Program-made: the position numbers and the translations under genes | Assembly: GCA_016186175.1 (NCBI GenBank) | Contig: JACPMB010000012.1 | Coordinates: forward strand, 39,243 to 103,242 | Direction of reading: 5' to 3' | Source of the DNA: Candidatus Peregrinibacteria bacterium | GTDB taxonomy: Bacteria > Patescibacteriota > Gracilibacteria > Peribacterales > Peribacteraceae | Length of the DNA: 64,000 nt | Part shown: piece by piece, positions 63,217-64,000 of the stretch | How the letters are laid out: each line of letters opens with the position of its first letter | Position numbering within the stretch: the stretch's first letter is position 1 | Notes under the pieces: generated by a model | The model's input: the letters and a program-made list of their open reading frames with translations, nothing else | Databases searched by the model: none | What the model was told of the DNA's origin: nothing

Positions 63217-64000
63217 TTACATCTTTCTGAAGAGTCTTCTTTTCACAAATTTCCAAGCCATGCCGAAGAATGTTCTCCGCAATGCGCGCTTCGCCAGCAT
63301 TTTCATTTCTCCCGAAGGCAACGCGTTTATCAAAATGCGGAACATCCGAAGCCTGTCGCGCTTTCCCGCACATTGCTCATCGTTCCGCTCAGTGGCCGAG
63401 GATGGATGGACGCGGAATTCGCCCGAATTTTCCACTATCCACCAGGCGTCGCCTCCGAGCAGGCAGCGCATCCAATATTCGGAATCCAGCCCCTGCTTCA
63501 TGTTTTCAAGGAACGGCCCCGCACGTTCAATCGTCGAGCGGCGGAGCACAACGAAGCTCGGTTCTCCGATAAGGTTAGGCCTCAGCCCGCGCCCGATCCA
63601 CATGCGCAAAAAATCCTCTCTGGCGATGCGCCCTTCCTTCATCGCGCCGGCGCGCGCATCATCCACTTCTTTATATATGCCGGCGGAAACTGCGGCGGTG
63701 GCGCCTTCTATGCGATAGGAATGTTGCGCCGCGGTAAAGCCGATGTCGGGATTATCCGTCAATATGTTCACGCTGCGCTCCAGATACTTCGGGTTCCAGA
63801 GATCATCCTGAAAAAGGTACGCGATGAATTCTCCCTCTGCCGGTCTGGCGCAGGCGTTCCAATTTCCGCCGATGCCGATGCGTTTGTCGTTTCGGAGGAA
63901 CTTCACTCGCGCGTCGCCTAAAAAAGGCCGGACGACGCCCCTCACATCGGTTTCCGAGGCGTCGTCGCGGACTATCAGCTCCCAATCTGCGAAAGTCTGC
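63217..64000 (-). CDS. Glycosyltransferase family 2; 5' end outside window
   Basis: The frame stays open to the window edge and reads ...QTFADWELIVRDDASETDVRGVV...FQDDLW, the GT2 DxD region. Confidence 0.7.
   Translation of the reverse strand, partial: QTFADWELIVRDDASETDVRGVVRPFLGDARVKFLRNDKRIGIGGNWNACARPAEGEFIAYLFQDDLWNPKYLERSVNILTDNPDIGFTAAQHSYRIEGATAAVSAGIYKEVDDARAGAMKEGRIAREDFLRMWIGRGLRPNLIGEPSFVVLRRSTIERAGPFLENMKQGLDSEYWMRCLLGGDAWWIVENSGEFRVHPSSATERNDEQCAGKRDRLRMFRILINALPSGEMKMLAKRALRRTFFGMAWKFVKRRLFRKM

Noticed and set aside
1-64000. A defence or toxin-antitoxin system (restriction-modification, CRISPR-Cas, retron or DGR reverse transcriptase, CBASS, Abi).
   Set aside because: No nuclease, methylase-specificity, reverse transcriptase, cyclase or Cas-like motifs were recognised in any sizeable ORF. 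The methyltransferases present are small-molecule class I types embedded in sugar operons.

Overview
GC-rich bacterial chromosomal window with one tRNA, no rRNA and no CRISPR. All functional calls come from motif and architecture recognition in the supplied translations and from hand alignment; no database search was run. About three quarters of the window is a mosaic cell-surface glycan locus. (i) 0-6.8 kb holds a GT4 glycosyltransferase, an MsbA-like ABC exporter, a methyltransferase and two convergent KpsS/KpsC-like paralogs. (ii) 6.8-19 kb is a tightly overlapping minus-strand operon for a complete pseudaminic acid pathway (PseB, PseC, PseG-GNAT fusion, PseI, cytidylyltransferase). It also carries an embedded formyltransferase, PIG-L deacetylase and oxidoreductase, preceded by an acetamidino module (PP-loop amidotransferase plus HisH/HisF paralogs) and a methyltransferase. 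(iii) 19-27 kb holds tailoring genes: a class III aminotransferase, a second amidotransferase, an MBOAT + SGNH-like pair and a PHP-ATP-grasp fusion. (iv) 27.3-35.4 kb is a second, legionaminic/neuraminic-type nonulosonic acid pathway (NeuC, DegT aminotransferase, NeuA, 4,6-dehydratase, NeuB) with its own HisH/HisF pair. (v) 35.4-42.5 kb is an ADP-heptose module with unusual domain fusions plus a GT9 heptosyltransferase, bracketed by two 169-nt inverted copies of a structured MITE-like repeat. (vi) 42.5-52 kb is a housekeeping block. It contains infC-rpmI-rplT, prfB with the canonical +1 frameshift, a 56-aa histone-fold-like ORF missing from the ORF track, an IS30 transposase remnant beside tRNA-Ser(CGA), a minimal PolX, ahcY and a PfkB kinase. 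(vii) 52-64 kb is a second glycan region: ugd, fcl, UDP-GlcA 4-epimerase, two GT-C-like membrane proteins, a GT2-GtrA fusion, an SDR, an FAD oxidoreductase and a GT2. No intact transposase, recombinase or recognisable defence system was seen. The most unusual signals are the repeat-bracketed heptose cassette, a second two-hairpin repeat family with a compensatory base change, the duplicated nonulosonic acid machinery and several non-standard enzyme fusions.
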